Assembly (NCBI GenBank): GCA_017886375.1
Contig: JAGGNB010000081.1
Location: 18,764 to 82,763, forward strand
Reading direction: 5' to 3'
Source of the DNA: Octadecabacter sp.
GTDB taxonomy: Bacteria; Pseudomonadota; Alphaproteobacteria; Rhodobacterales; Rhodobacteraceae
Length of the DNA: 64,000 bases
In this document: positions 1-9,034 of the stretch, piece after piece
Numbering within the stretch: the stretch's first letter is position 1
Layout: the number at the start of each line of letters is the position of its first letter
The notes under the pieces: generated by a model
Databases searched by the model: none
What the model saw: only the letters and a program-made list of their open reading frames with translations
What the model was told of the DNA's origin: nothing
Program-made: the position numbers and the translations under genes

Positions 1-329
1 TGCTGATCGACGTATTCTTCCCATGTTCCGTCCAACGCTTGGCTGTAGCCAAGCGCGGATGATTGGCGGCCCGTCGGGATGATCCCCAACGCGTAGGTAT
101 GCGGTGGACGGTTGTCGGCAATAAATTTGCTTTCTTGGTAAATCATTGCCATCAAAACGTGGGTATCCACACCCCAGTTTCGTTCAGCCTGTTTGAAGGC
201 ACGCACATAGTGCGGGCGTTCGGTTAGAATGGAACAGGCGTTGTCCAGATTGCGCGGCGCTGAAGCGTCTCGGGCTGCACAGCTTCCCAAGATCATTAAT
301 AACAGGGCGGCGCGAAAGAGTTTGCTCAT
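1..329 (-). CDS. Lytic transglycosylase (SLT-domain) lipoprotein, 3' end runs off the window
   Basis: Manual translation MSKLFRAALLLMILGSC (lipobox) ...VLMAMIYQESKF...SSALGYSQALDGTWEEY; has the SLT catalytic ES motif and GYxQ motif. Confidence 0.85.
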   Translation of the reverse strand, partial: MSKLFRAALLLMILGSCAARDASAPRNLDNACSILTERPHYVRAFKQAERNWGVDTHVLMAMIYQESKFIADNRPPHTYALGIIPTGRQSSALGYSQALDGTWEEYVDQ

Positions 330-410
330 CTGCCTCTCGCTTTTTTTATTTTTTTATTGGGAGTAGTTTAACGGATGTGGGGCGGTCTGTGAACCGGTTT
401 TGCGCATGGG

Positions 411-720
411 TTAGATCACAACCACCGTGATGAGCGGTAAAGTGAACACCGACATGCACGTCGATGCACAATACGCCTTGCTGAAACCCTGCAACGGGCC
501 CGCTACGCTGTCAGATTCCGCGCCGTAACTTTCAGCCAGCGAGAATGGAGGTGAAGGTAGCGGTGGTGCCGATTTGCACGATCAGTTTGGCACGCATGTC
601 CGAGATTTTTATAACGACCTCAATATGTTATTCACTTTCCAGCTTCACACAAGCCATTCCAGCAGCCGTCAAAAGGGAGACCTGAGCGATGATTCTCAAC
701 ACTTTCAGCGTTAGCAACAC
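411..720 (-). pseudogene. AEC-family (auxin efflux carrier) transporter remnant with large internal deletion
   Basis: N-terminal piece VLLTLKVLRIIAQVSLLTAAGMACVKLESE* joined to C-terminal pieces LIVQIGTTATFTS / LAESYGAESDSVAG...ASTCMSVFTLPLITVVVI*; internal stop and frameshift. Confidence 0.65.
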
Positions 721-801
721 AGTTTGTTTCCTTTAATTTTACCCTGTTTGCATGGACTCATGCGGGCCTACCCGTCTAGTAACGGCCAAGGGGCTAAAAA
801 T

Positions 802-1128
802 ATGCTGAAGACACGTGCGAAATATCATTTGGGCCAAGTGGTTCGCCACCGCAAACATCCGTTTCGCGGGGTTGTTTTTGATGTGGACGCCATGTTTACC
901 AATACCGAAGAATGGTACGAGGCAATCCCTGAAGAGGCGCGCCCCCAAAAGGATCAGCCGTTTTACCATCTGCTGGCCGAAAACGATCAATCCTATTACG
1001 TGGCCTATGTGTCCGAACAAAACTTGGTCGCGGACTATTCGGGCCAGCCAGTGGATCACCCCGATCTAGATGATTTGTTTGGCCCGTTTGAAGACGGTCA
1101 GTATCCGCTGCATTTCCAACTGAACTAG
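802..1128 (+). CDS. hspQ: Heat shock protein HspQ (YccV-like)
   Basis: AKYHLGQVVRHRKHPFRGVVFDVD...QPFYHLLAEN...AYVSEQNL. Confidence 0.93.
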   Translation: MLKTRAKYHLGQVVRHRKHPFRGVVFDVDAMFTNTEEWYEAIPEEARPQKDQPFYHLLAENDQSYYVAYVSEQNLVADYSGQPVDHPDLDDLFGPFEDGQYPLHFQLN

Positions 1129-1132
1129 CGCG

Positions 1133-1333
1133 TTAGTCTTGCGACCTTTTTGACCAAAAGAACAACATCCCCCCGAACGAAAACATCGCCGCGTAGATTG
1201 CTGCATACAGCGTCGCGTCCGGCACGCCGTTTAGGGCGTCGTTCACCGCCGTCCCGCACAGCAGGCCACCCGCCAGCATGAACGCCAGCCCGAATGTGCG
1301 CGCCAGCCGTTTTTTCAGTGCTTCAATATCCAA
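1133..1333 (-). CDS. Small two-TM membrane protein
   Basis: 66 aa, two hydrophobic segments; overlaps the ggt stop by 11 nt. Confidence 0.6.
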   Translation of the reverse strand: MDIEALKKRLARTFGLAFMLAGGLLCGTAVNDALNGVPDATLYAAIYAAMFSFGGMLFFWSKRSQD

Positions 1334-2900
1334 GTGCTATCCCATCTTTACGCGGATCGCTGGCCCCTTCGAGTACACCATCGTCGCGTAACACGATTGC
1401 TTGCGCCCCGCCAATCGGCTTTTGGGCGCGTTTGACGATATGGCCTTTGTCAGCCAAAGCCTGTGCGACGCTGTCGGCGTAGCCAGTTTCCACAGTCAGC
1501 CCACCGTGTTCGGCAAAGCTGCGCGGCGCGTCGATGGCGGTTTGGACGTCCATACCAAAATCTTGCATGTTGGTCAGCAAACGCGCGTGTCCGCAGGGCT
1601 GGTACGCACCGCCCATAACACCGAATGGCATTTTGATTTTGCCAGCACGTTTGACCATGCCCGGTATGATTGTGTGCAGCGGGCGTTTGTTGCCCATGGC
1701 CTCATTTGGATGACCCTGTTCAAGGGTGAAACTGGCGGCGCGGTTGTGGAACAGGATGCCGAACTTATCAGATGCGAGGCCTGATCCAAACGCTTCAAAG
1801 ATGGAGTAAATCAGCGACACACACATGCGATCTTTGTCGACCACGGTGATATAAACCGTGTCCTTGTGGACCGCCTGTGCGCTGGGCAGGGATGGGGGCA
1901 GGGCCGTGTTCGGGTCGATAAGCCCTGCCAGTTTCGCCGCCGTATCGGCAGACAACATATGATCCAATCGCGTCGTGTGATCGGGGTCGGCAACAACGCG
2001 GTTGAGGGTGTCATAGGCAAGTTTCGCGGCTTCAGCTTCCAGATGTGCACGCTGTGTCCCCATCGGATCCAGCCCCGCAATATCGAAATGTTTCAGAATG
2101 TTGAGCATCAAAATCGCAGTCGCGCCTTGGCCGTTTGGCGGGTGTTCGACCAGTTCGATGTCTTTGTAGGCGCCCGATATCGGCGTGGTGTAATCGCAGC
2201 GCACATTGGCGAAATCATCCAAGCTGTGGGTGCCGCCTGCCGCATTCAGGGATGCGACCATGTCTTGTGCAACCTCGCCTTCATAAAATCCGGCGCGTCC
2301 GTCCATCGCGACACGTCGCAGAACGTCTGCCTGACCGGGCGCGCGGAATTTCTGACCGAGGCTCAGGGCTTTGTCCTGCACCATGAAATGCGTCCGACCA
2401 GCGCCGCGCAGCGTGCCGCCCGACCGCGCATAATCAAACGCAACCCGCGGGGCGACTGGCACGCCTGCGTCGGCGTAATGAATTGCAGGGGCAAGGATCG
2501 CCTTGAGCCCGATTTTGCCGTGGTCTTTGGCCAGCCGAATAAATCCGTCCATCGCGCCCGGCAGGCTGATGGCGTGTACCGATGAAATGGGCAGATGATC
2601 CAACCCGTCGGCCCGCAACTTTGCGGCGTCTAGTCCAGCTGGCGCGCGACCGGACGCGTTCAGTGCATGAACGTCATCGCTGCCCGCCAAATTGAACAGA
2701 CAAAACGCATCACCACCGATACCGGCGGATTGCGGTTCACAGATGCCAAGCAAAACAGCCCCCGCGATGGCGGCATCCATGGCGTTGCCGCCCGCTTCGA
2801 GGATTTGCACCGCGACCTTTGCGGCCAGCGGGTGCGATGTGGCGCAGATGCCATTGTCAGCAAAAACGGCGGATCGGCCCGGTTGTTGGAAATCGCGCAT
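1323..2900 (-). CDS. ggt: Gamma-glutamyltransferase family protein
   Basis: GGNAMDAAIA, EPQSAGIGGD, nucleophile Thr in HKDTVYITVVD, RPLHTIIP, GASDPRKDG; RBS GGGAGA before ATG 2900. Confidence 0.92.
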   Translation of the reverse strand: MRDFQQPGRSAVFADNGICATSHPLAAKVAVQILEAGGNAMDAAIAGAVLLGICEPQSAGIGGDAFCLFNLAGSDDVHALNASGRAPAGLDAAKLRADGLDHLPISSVHAISLPGAMDGFIRLAKDHGKIGLKAILAPAIHYADAGVPVAPRVAFDYARSGGTLRGAGRTHFMVQDKALSLGQKFRAPGQADVLRRVAMDGRAGFYEGEVAQDMVASLNAAGGTHSLDDFANVRCDYTTPISGAYKDIELVEHPPNGQGATAILMLNILKHFDIAGLDPMGTQRAHLEAEAAKLAYDTLNRVVADPDHTTRLDHMLSADTAAKLAGLIDPNTALPPSLPSAQAVHKDTVYITVVDKDRMCVSLIYSIFEAFGSGLASDKFGILFHNRAASFTLEQGHPNEAMGNKRPLHTIIPGMVKRAGKIKMPFGVMGGAYQPCGHARLLTNMQDFGMDVQTAIDAPRSFAEHGGLTVETGYADSVAQALADKGHIVKRAQKPIGGAQAIVLRDDGVLEGASDPRKDGIALGY

Positions 2901-3000
2901 GGTCTCTCCCTTGATAGGAGGGGACCATAGCGCCATAATGGCCAGGGGAAAGGCCGCAAGGCTTTATTTCTGTTAGGGAATCCACTTTGTGATATGAGCG

Positions 3001-3072
3001 GATCATAGGGTCCAACTTACACAGTGCGAGGATCAAAGATCCCAACTTAAACATTGCGAGGATCAAAGATCC
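3001..3072. repeat. Degenerate 30-bp tandem repeat (about 2.4 copies)
   Basis: gatcatagggtccaacttacacagtgcgag / gatcaaagatcccaacttaaacattgcgag / gatcaaagatcc. Confidence 0.85.
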
Positions 3073-3226
3073 TCGACGTCACGCACTGGGTGGGGGCAAT
3101 TACACGTGACGCCGAGGTGAGCCTATGCAGCTACTAAGACTGTCCTGACATTGGATTCGGGTGAGGATGCGAAAATTTTGCGGCGGTTTTGTGGTTTTTC
3201 AAGCTTAACAGATTGAGGAGGCGGAG

Positions 3227-4381
3227 ATGATCAAAGTGGTAATCGCAGGGGCGGCGCGCACGCCTATGGGTGGGTTTCAGGGCGCTTTGTCAGGACTGAC
3301 GGCACCCGCATTGGGTGGCGCCGCAATGAAGGCGGCCTTGGCTGGGCACGGTTCCGTGGACGAGGTTCTGATGGGCTGCGTACTGCCTGCGGGGTTGGGC
3401 CAAGCGCCTGCGCGTCAAGCGGGGTTCATGGCGGGGCTTGGCGAAAATGTCCCCGCGACGACGCTGAACAAGATGTGTGGATCAGGGATGAAGGCGGCGA
3501 TGATCGGGTTTGATCAAATCAAGCTGGGACAAACGCAGCGCATGCTGGTTGGCGGGATGGAAAGCATGAGCAATGCGCCGTACTTGCTGCCAAAGATGCG
3601 GGGCGGCGCACGTATCGGGCATGGTGCGGTGATTGATTCGATGTTTCTGGACGGGTTGGAAGACGCCTATGATGCTGGGCGTTTGATGGGGAGCTTCGCA
3701 GAGGACTGCGCGCAGAGTTATCAGTTTACCCGTGAGGCGCAGGATGACTATGCGCTGCGGTCCCTGAAGCGGGCGTTATCGGCGCAAACGTCGGGGGCAT
3801 TTGATGCTGAGATCACGCCCGTAGAGGTGGCAGGCCGAACGGCGCAAACCACGGTGTCGGTCGACGAGCAGCCTGCAAACGCGCGTCCAGATAAGATACC
3901 GTTGTTAAAGCCTGCGTTTCGTGAGGGCGGCACGGTGACGGCGGCCAACAGTTCCAGCATTTCAGATGGGGCGGCGGCCCTACTTTTGACAACGGATAAA
4001 ACTGATCTGCCAATCCGCGCCTACATTCGCGGCCACGCCAGTCACGCCCAAGCGCCAAACCTGTTTACAACTGCGCCCGTTCCGGCGGCGCAAAAACTGC
4101 TCGACCAACTTGGGTGGGACAAGAACAGTGTCGATTTGTGGGAGGTCAATGAGGCCTTCGCGGTTGTTCCAATGGCGTTCATGCGCGAGATGGATTTGCC
4201 GCCTGACATCGTCAATATCAATGGCGGCGCTTGCGCGCTCGGGCATCCGATTGGCGCGTCCGGAGCGAGGATCATTGTGACCTTGCTGCATGCTTTGGAA
4301 ACCCACAATCTAAAACGTGGCATCGCCGCGATCTGCATTGGGGGTGGCGAAGGGACGGCGATTGCGATTGAACGCCCTTAG
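3227..4381 (+). CDS. Acetyl-CoA C-acyltransferase (thiolase)
   Basis: NKMCGSG, NEAF, GHPIGASG, CIGGGEG motifs. Confidence 0.95.
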   Translation: MIKVVIAGAARTPMGGFQGALSGLTAPALGGAAMKAALAGHGSVDEVLMGCVLPAGLGQAPARQAGFMAGLGENVPATTLNKMCGSGMKAAMIGFDQIKLGQTQRMLVGGMESMSNAPYLLPKMRGGARIGHGAVIDSMFLDGLEDAYDAGRLMGSFAEDCAQSYQFTREAQDDYALRSLKRALSAQTSGAFDAEITPVEVAGRTAQTTVSVDEQPANARPDKIPLLKPAFREGGTVTAANSSSISDGAAALLLTTDKTDLPIRAYIRGHASHAQAPNLFTTAPVPAAQKLLDQLGWDKNSVDLWEVNEAFAVVPMAFMREMDLPPDIVNINGGACALGHPIGASGARIIVTLLHALETHNLKRGIAAICIGGGEGTAIAIERP

Positions 4382-4437
4382 GTTTTTGCGCTTCTTTGGC
4401 TCTAAATACCTAAACCCAACCCATTTTTGCGGGAGGC

Positions 4438-4899
4438 ATGATGCCCGATTACGACACCCTCACCAAGACAATCGCCAGCTTGACAGCGGGCGAGGATGAC
4501 GCCGTTGCGTTGATGGCAACCGTTGCGTGTGAAGTGCATCACTTCGACGCGCGGTTTGATTGGACCGGGTTTTACCGCGTGACGGGGCCAGAGATGCTTA
4601 AGATCGGGCCGTATCAGGGTGGGCACGGGTGTTTGCAGATCCCGTTTTCGCGTGGGGTTTGTGGCGCGGCGGCGCGCACGGGCGAGGTGCAGTTGGTCGC
4701 GGATGTTGAGGCATTTGACGGGCATATTGCCTGCGCCAGTTCCACGCGGTCGGAACTGGTCTTGCCGGTGTTCAACGGGGCCGCAGGATTGATTGCGGTG
4801 TTTGATATCGACAGTGATCAGCCGGATGCCTTCACCGCTGAAGATGCCACACATATGGCTGCAATCTTGAAGAGTGTTTTCAGCGTCGTCACTAAATAA
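4438..4899 (+). CDS. msrC: GAF-domain protein, free methionine-R-sulfoxide reductase (MsrC/YebR) type
   Basis: WTGFY, GPYQG, GVCG, GHIAC, SELVLP, FDIDS motifs. Confidence 0.8.
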   Translation: MMPDYDTLTKTIASLTAGEDDAVALMATVACEVHHFDARFDWTGFYRVTGPEMLKIGPYQGGHGCLQIPFSRGVCGAAARTGEVQLVADVEAFDGHIACASSTRSELVLPVFNGAAGLIAVFDIDSDQPDAFTAEDATHMAAILKSVFSVVTK

Positions 4900-4909
4900 A
4901 ATCTGATTG

Positions 4910-4934
4910 GTGAAAAAATCCTTTGAATTTTCAC
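4910..4934. promoter_or_regulatory. Palindromic operator candidate GTGAAAA-N11-TTTTCAC
   Basis: Perfect 7-bp inverted repeat just upstream of the XRE-cupin regulator. Confidence 0.5.
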
Positions 4935-4977
4935 GAACTCGTGTCACGACTTTGGTCAGACAGGGAGTTTGCAGCAA

Positions 4978-5547
4978 GTGATTCACGCGCCACCGCCAGA
5001 AATCCACACGCTTGGGGCTGACATTCGTGCCTTGCGAAAGGCGCGCGGGCTGACGTTGTCGGGATTGGGTAAAACGCTGGGGCGGTCGGTTGGCTGGTTA
5101 AGCCAGGTTGAGCGTGACATGTCTGAACCGTCAATTTCCGATCTGCGCCATATTGCATCGGTCTTGGATGTATCGGTGTCCAGTCTGTTCCGGTCAGCGG
5201 CGCCGGAACACGAACGGGGCATGATTGTTAGGGCAGACGCGCGACGTCCTATCGGGTCACGCCCGGCGGGCTTGGTTGAGGAACTTTTGTCCCCCGATCT
5301 GACGGATGATTTTGAGATGGTCCATTCGACCTTTGAGGCCAATTCCGAGATCACCGAAGAAGTCATGCGCCCGACACAAGAAGTTGGATATATCGTGTCT
5401 GGACGCCTTGATTTGTGGATCGCAGGTAAGACCTTTTCACTGAACGCAGGTGACAGTTTTCGCATTCGTGGCGAAGCCTTTCGCTGGATGAACCCCTACG
5501 CCGCGCCCTGCGTTGCGATCTGGGTCATCGCGCCACCAATTTATTGA
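4978..5547 (+). CDS. XRE-family HTH plus cupin transcriptional regulator
   Basis: IRALRKARGLTL...SVGWLSQVER HTH; C-terminal cupin; GTG start 10 nt after GGGAG. Confidence 0.9.
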   Translation: MIHAPPPEIHTLGADIRALRKARGLTLSGLGKTLGRSVGWLSQVERDMSEPSISDLRHIASVLDVSVSSLFRSAAPEHERGMIVRADARRPIGSRPAGLVEELLSPDLTDDFEMVHSTFEANSEITEEVMRPTQEVGYIVSGRLDLWIAGKTFSLNAGDSFRIRGEAFRWMNPYAAPCVAIWVIAPPIY

Positions 5548-5561
5548 GGGTGGTGTTTTGA

Positions 5562-6185
5562 ATGACGTTTGAAGCATGGACCATATTCGCGCTGTTCTGG
5601 GCGGTTTTTGTCACCACGCCGGGGCCGAATGCCGTGAATTGCATTTCAAATGGGATGAGTTTGGGATTCGTGCGCAGCTTGCCGGGTGTTGGTGCGATCT
5701 TGACACAGGCATCGTTGTTTTTGGCGTTGTCAGCGTTCGGCGTGACGGCGTTGCTTGCGGCGTCCGAGGCGGCGTTTTCAGTGGCAAAACTCATCGGGGC
5801 GGGATTCCTGATCTTTCTTGGAATTCGCGGCTGGATCATGGCGTCGCGACCTGTTCAGCCAACGTCAGCGCCCAAGGGGCGTGTCTATTGGCGGGCCTTG
5901 GCAATTGCGGTCATCAATCCCAAAAGTGTTGCCGGATACCTTGCCGCATTTAGCCAGTTCGTGCAGCCTGACGTGCCGATTGGACAACAGATGTGGGTGA
6001 TTGTGCCCACGGCCCTAACGCTGACGGCGTGCAGTTACCTGACATTTACCGCACTTGGTGCTGGGCTTGGACGCGCGGCGCTGGGGGCTGTGTTCAACGT
6101 TTGGTTCCGGCGTGTGATGGCCGTGTGTTTCATTATTTACGGCGTTCTTTTGGGCGCAAGCCAACCGACGATAGGGAGAGCGTGA
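5562..6185 (+). CDS. LysE/RhtB family translocator
   Basis: TPGPN and NPK motifs, six hydrophobic segments. Confidence 0.9.
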   Translation: MTFEAWTIFALFWAVFVTTPGPNAVNCISNGMSLGFVRSLPGVGAILTQASLFLALSAFGVTALLAASEAAFSVAKLIGAGFLIFLGIRGWIMASRPVQPTSAPKGRVYWRALAIAVINPKSVAGYLAAFSQFVQPDVPIGQQMWVIVPTALTLTACSYLTFTALGAGLGRAALGAVFNVWFRRVMAVCFIIYGVLLGASQPTIGRA

Positions 6186-6568
6186 TGCACCAAGGGCGTT
6201 GTGAATGTGGGGCCGTGGCCTTTGAGGTCGAAAACCTGCGAGCCGAAATTACCATGTGCCACTGCAGCCAATGTCGCCGGTTGAGCGGGCATCATTGGGC
6301 GGCGACGCGGGCGATATTCGACGAGGTTGTGTTCACCAACCAAGATGGGCTGACGTGGTTTGCATCATCCGATTGGGCCAAGCGCGGGTTTTGTAACCGC
6401 TGCGGGTCCAGCCTGTTTTATCGCATGAACGACGAAGACGGCATCGGCATTGCGGCTGGTGCGTTTGATAATCCGACAGGGTTTGTCGCAGGCAAACATA
6501 TCTTCACTGCTGACAAAGGCGACTTTTACACAATCGCGGACGACGCACCGCATATCGCGAAATATTAG
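6185..6568 (+). CDS. GFA (glutathione-dependent formaldehyde-activating/CENP-V) family protein
   Basis: GRCECG, CHCSQCRR, RGFCNRCGS; TGATG overlap with the LysE gene. Confidence 0.9.
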   Translation: MHQGRCECGAVAFEVENLRAEITMCHCSQCRRLSGHHWAATRAIFDEVVFTNQDGLTWFASSDWAKRGFCNRCGSSLFYRMNDEDGIGIAAGAFDNPTGFVAGKHIFTADKGDFYTIADDAPHIAKY

Positions 6569-6580
6569 GGAACGAAGACC

Positions 6581-9031
6581 ATGGCAGATTTTCCAACGAC
6601 GGCCCGTGTGGTCATCATCGGCGGCGGCGTTATCGGCACGTCAACATTGTTCCATCTGGCCCGTGCCGGATGGAAGGACTGTGTGCTGCTTGAAAAGAAC
6701 GAATTGACCGCTGGTTCTACTTGGCATGCTGCGGGAAACTGTCCGAACTTTGCGCCCAATTGGGCCGTGATGAACATGCAGCGTTACGGTTTGGAGCTGT
6801 ATCGCGGCTTGGCCGATGACGTGGATTATCCGATGAACTACCACGTCACCGGATCACTGCGTTTGGCGCATTCCAAAGAACGAATGCAGGAGTTTGCTAA
6901 AGTGTCCGGACAAGCCCGTTATCAGGGTCTTGAGATGGACATTTTGACCAATGCTGAAATCAAAGAACGCCATCCGTTTCTCGAAACCCATGATCTTGCG
7001 GGCGGCATGTGGGATGCACTGGACGGCGACATTGACCCAGCACAGCTGACGCAGGCCTTGGCCAAGGGTGCGCGCGCGGCGGGCGGTCATATCGAACGGT
7101 TCTGTCCGGTGACGGGCATAGATCGGGATGGTGATGAATGGATTGTGAAAACTGAAAAGGGTGACATCCGCGCCGAATTCGTCGTCAATTGTGCGGGCTA
7201 TTATGCGCAGCGTGTCGGTGAGATGTTCAAGCCGTTTGGTGGGCGCACTGTGCCGATGGTCGTCATGTCGCACCAGTATTTCCTGACCGAACCCATCGCC
7301 GAGCTTGAGGCGTGGACCAAAGAGGTCGGGCACAAAGTCCCCCTCGTGCGCGATGTCGATATTTCCTATTATCTGCGGCAGGATAAGAACGGTCTGAACC
7401 TTGGCCCCTATGAGCGGAATTGTAAGGCCCATTGGGTGACGCCGGACGATCCAATGCCTGACGATTTCTCGTTTCAGCTGTATCCCGATGATCTGGATCG
7501 ACTGGAATTCTACATCGAAGACGCGATGGCGCGTTTGCCGTTGTTGGGTGAGGCTGGCATTGGCCGCAATATCAACGGCCCGATCCCATATGCGCCCGAT
7601 GGTCTGCCGATGGTCGGGCCGATGCCCGGTGTGAAGAACGCGTTTGAGGCGCATTCGTTTACCTTCGGGATCGCCCAAGGCGGTGGTGCGGGTAAGGTCA
7701 TGGCGGAATGGATCATGCACGGCGAAACAGAGCTGGACATGTGGTCCGTCGATCCGCGCCGCTACACCGATTATGCCGATCACGACTATTGCCTGTCCAA
7801 GGCGCTTGAGACGTATGGCCATGAGTACGGAATGCATTTCCCGCATCACGAATGGCCAGCGGGCCGCGATAAGAAGCATTCGACGTTGCAGTCGCGGTTG
7901 CAGGACGCGGGCGCGCAATTCGGGGCGTATAACGGCTGGGAACGCGCAAACTGGTTTGCCAAAGACGGTGACGATACCACTGAGGACTCGACACAAACTT
8001 GGGACCGCGATGGGCCGTGGGAGACGCGTATTCGCGAGGAAGTCGAAGCGGTGCGCGATGGCTGCGGGATGCTGCCCATCACGGGGTTCAGCCGCATCAA
8101 GATTGAAGGGGTCGGCGCCAAGGATTTTGTTGACGGGCTAAGCGCGTCGCGTCTTCCTGCGCCGGGCCGTGTCAGCCTTGCCTATTTCCCCGACAGCCGT
8201 GGGCGCATCCTGACGGAAACCTCAATCATGGTGCACAGCGACACCGAAGTTGGTTTGATTACGGCTGCGACAGCGCAGTGGCACGACGCTGAGATATTTT
8301 CGCGCCAAGCGCCTGACGGGATCACGGTGACGGATCATACTAAGGCCGTGGAATGCCTGTTGGTCACTGGGCCAAAGGCACGCGACATTTTGGGGCCGCT
8401 GGTTGGCGGGCACGATCTGTCCAGACCGTGGTTGAGTGCGAGTTTTGACGGCACCGTCGCGCTGCAACCATGTGCGTTGATCCGCGTTTCGTTCGCGGGT
8501 GAATTGGGTTGGGAAATCCATGCCGCCCCCGACGCGATGCCTGCGATATGGGATGCATTATTGGATGCAGGGGTTGCACCGTTCGGCATGTATGCGCTGA
8601 ATTCGATGCGGATCGAAAAGGGATACCGCGCGTGGAAGGGCGATCTGTCCACAGACTATTCGCTGATCGAAGGCGGGCTTGATCGCTTTATCAAGTTCGA
8701 CAAACCGCAGGATTTTCCTGGGAAGGTGGCGTTGCTGGCGGAAAAACAGCAGGGTCGAAAGAAAGGGTTTGTCACGCTGGTCATGGACGCAGGTGACACC
8801 GACGCGCCCTATATGGCGCCGATTTGGCATGGCGATGAGATCGTCGGCGAAGTCACGTCTTGCGCCATGGGATATCGCACCAATAAATGCATCGCCTTGG
8901 GTATGGTTCGCGCTAATCTCTTGGCGGTTGGCACCGAATTGGAGGTCGATGTCTATGGCAAACGCCACAAGGCAATTGTGCAAGAAGATGCGCCGCTTTG
9001 GGACCCCAGCAACGAACGCATAAAGGCTTAA
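6581..9031 (+). CDS. Dimethylglycine dehydrogenase-like FAD/GcvT protein
   Basis: IIGGG FAD site, AGSTWHAAG, C-terminal GcvT domain (RVSFAGELGWE, MRIEKGY). Confidence 0.88.
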   Translation: MADFPTTARVVIIGGGVIGTSTLFHLARAGWKDCVLLEKNELTAGSTWHAAGNCPNFAPNWAVMNMQRYGLELYRGLADDVDYPMNYHVTGSLRLAHSKERMQEFAKVSGQARYQGLEMDILTNAEIKERHPFLETHDLAGGMWDALDGDIDPAQLTQALAKGARAAGGHIERFCPVTGIDRDGDEWIVKTEKGDIRAEFVVNCAGYYAQRVGEMFKPFGGRTVPMVVMSHQYFLTEPIAELEAWTKEVGHKVPLVRDVDISYYLRQDKNGLNLGPYERNCKAHWVTPDDPMPDDFSFQLYPDDLDRLEFYIEDAMARLPLLGEAGIGRNINGPIPYAPDGLPMVGPMPGVKNAFEAHSFTFGIAQGGGAGKVMAEWIMHGETELDMWSVDPRRYTDYADHDYCLSKALETYGHEYGMHFPHHEWPAGRDKKHSTLQSRLQDAGAQFGAYNGWERANWFAKDGDDTTEDSTQTWDRDGPWETRIREEVEAVRDGCGMLPITGFSRIKIEGVGAKDFVDGLSASRLPAPGRVSLAYFPDSRGRILTETSIMVHSDTEVGLITAATAQWHDAEIFSRQAPDGITVTDHTKAVECLLVTGPKARDILGPLVGGHDLSRPWLSASFDGTVALQPCALIRVSFAGELGWEIHAAPDAMPAIWDALLDAGVAPFGMYALNSMRIEKGYRAWKGDLSTDYSLIEGGLDRFIKFDKPQDFPGKVALLAEKQQGRKKGFVTLVMDAGDTDAPYMAPIWHGDEIVGEVTSCAMGYRTNKCIALGMVRANLLAVGTELEVDVYGKRHKAIVQEDAPLWDPSNERIKA

Positions 9032-9034
9032 ACG

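Noticed and set aside
3001-3072. Possible mini-CRISPR array
   Set aside because: Units are head-to-tail with no unique spacers, only about 2.4 copies, and no cas genes
6854-7996. Long antisense ORFs (also 16861-17949, 31044-31934, 33243-34133, 53000-53707, 60143-60955)
   Set aside because: Shadow frames of well-supported genes, expected from GC-rich codon bias
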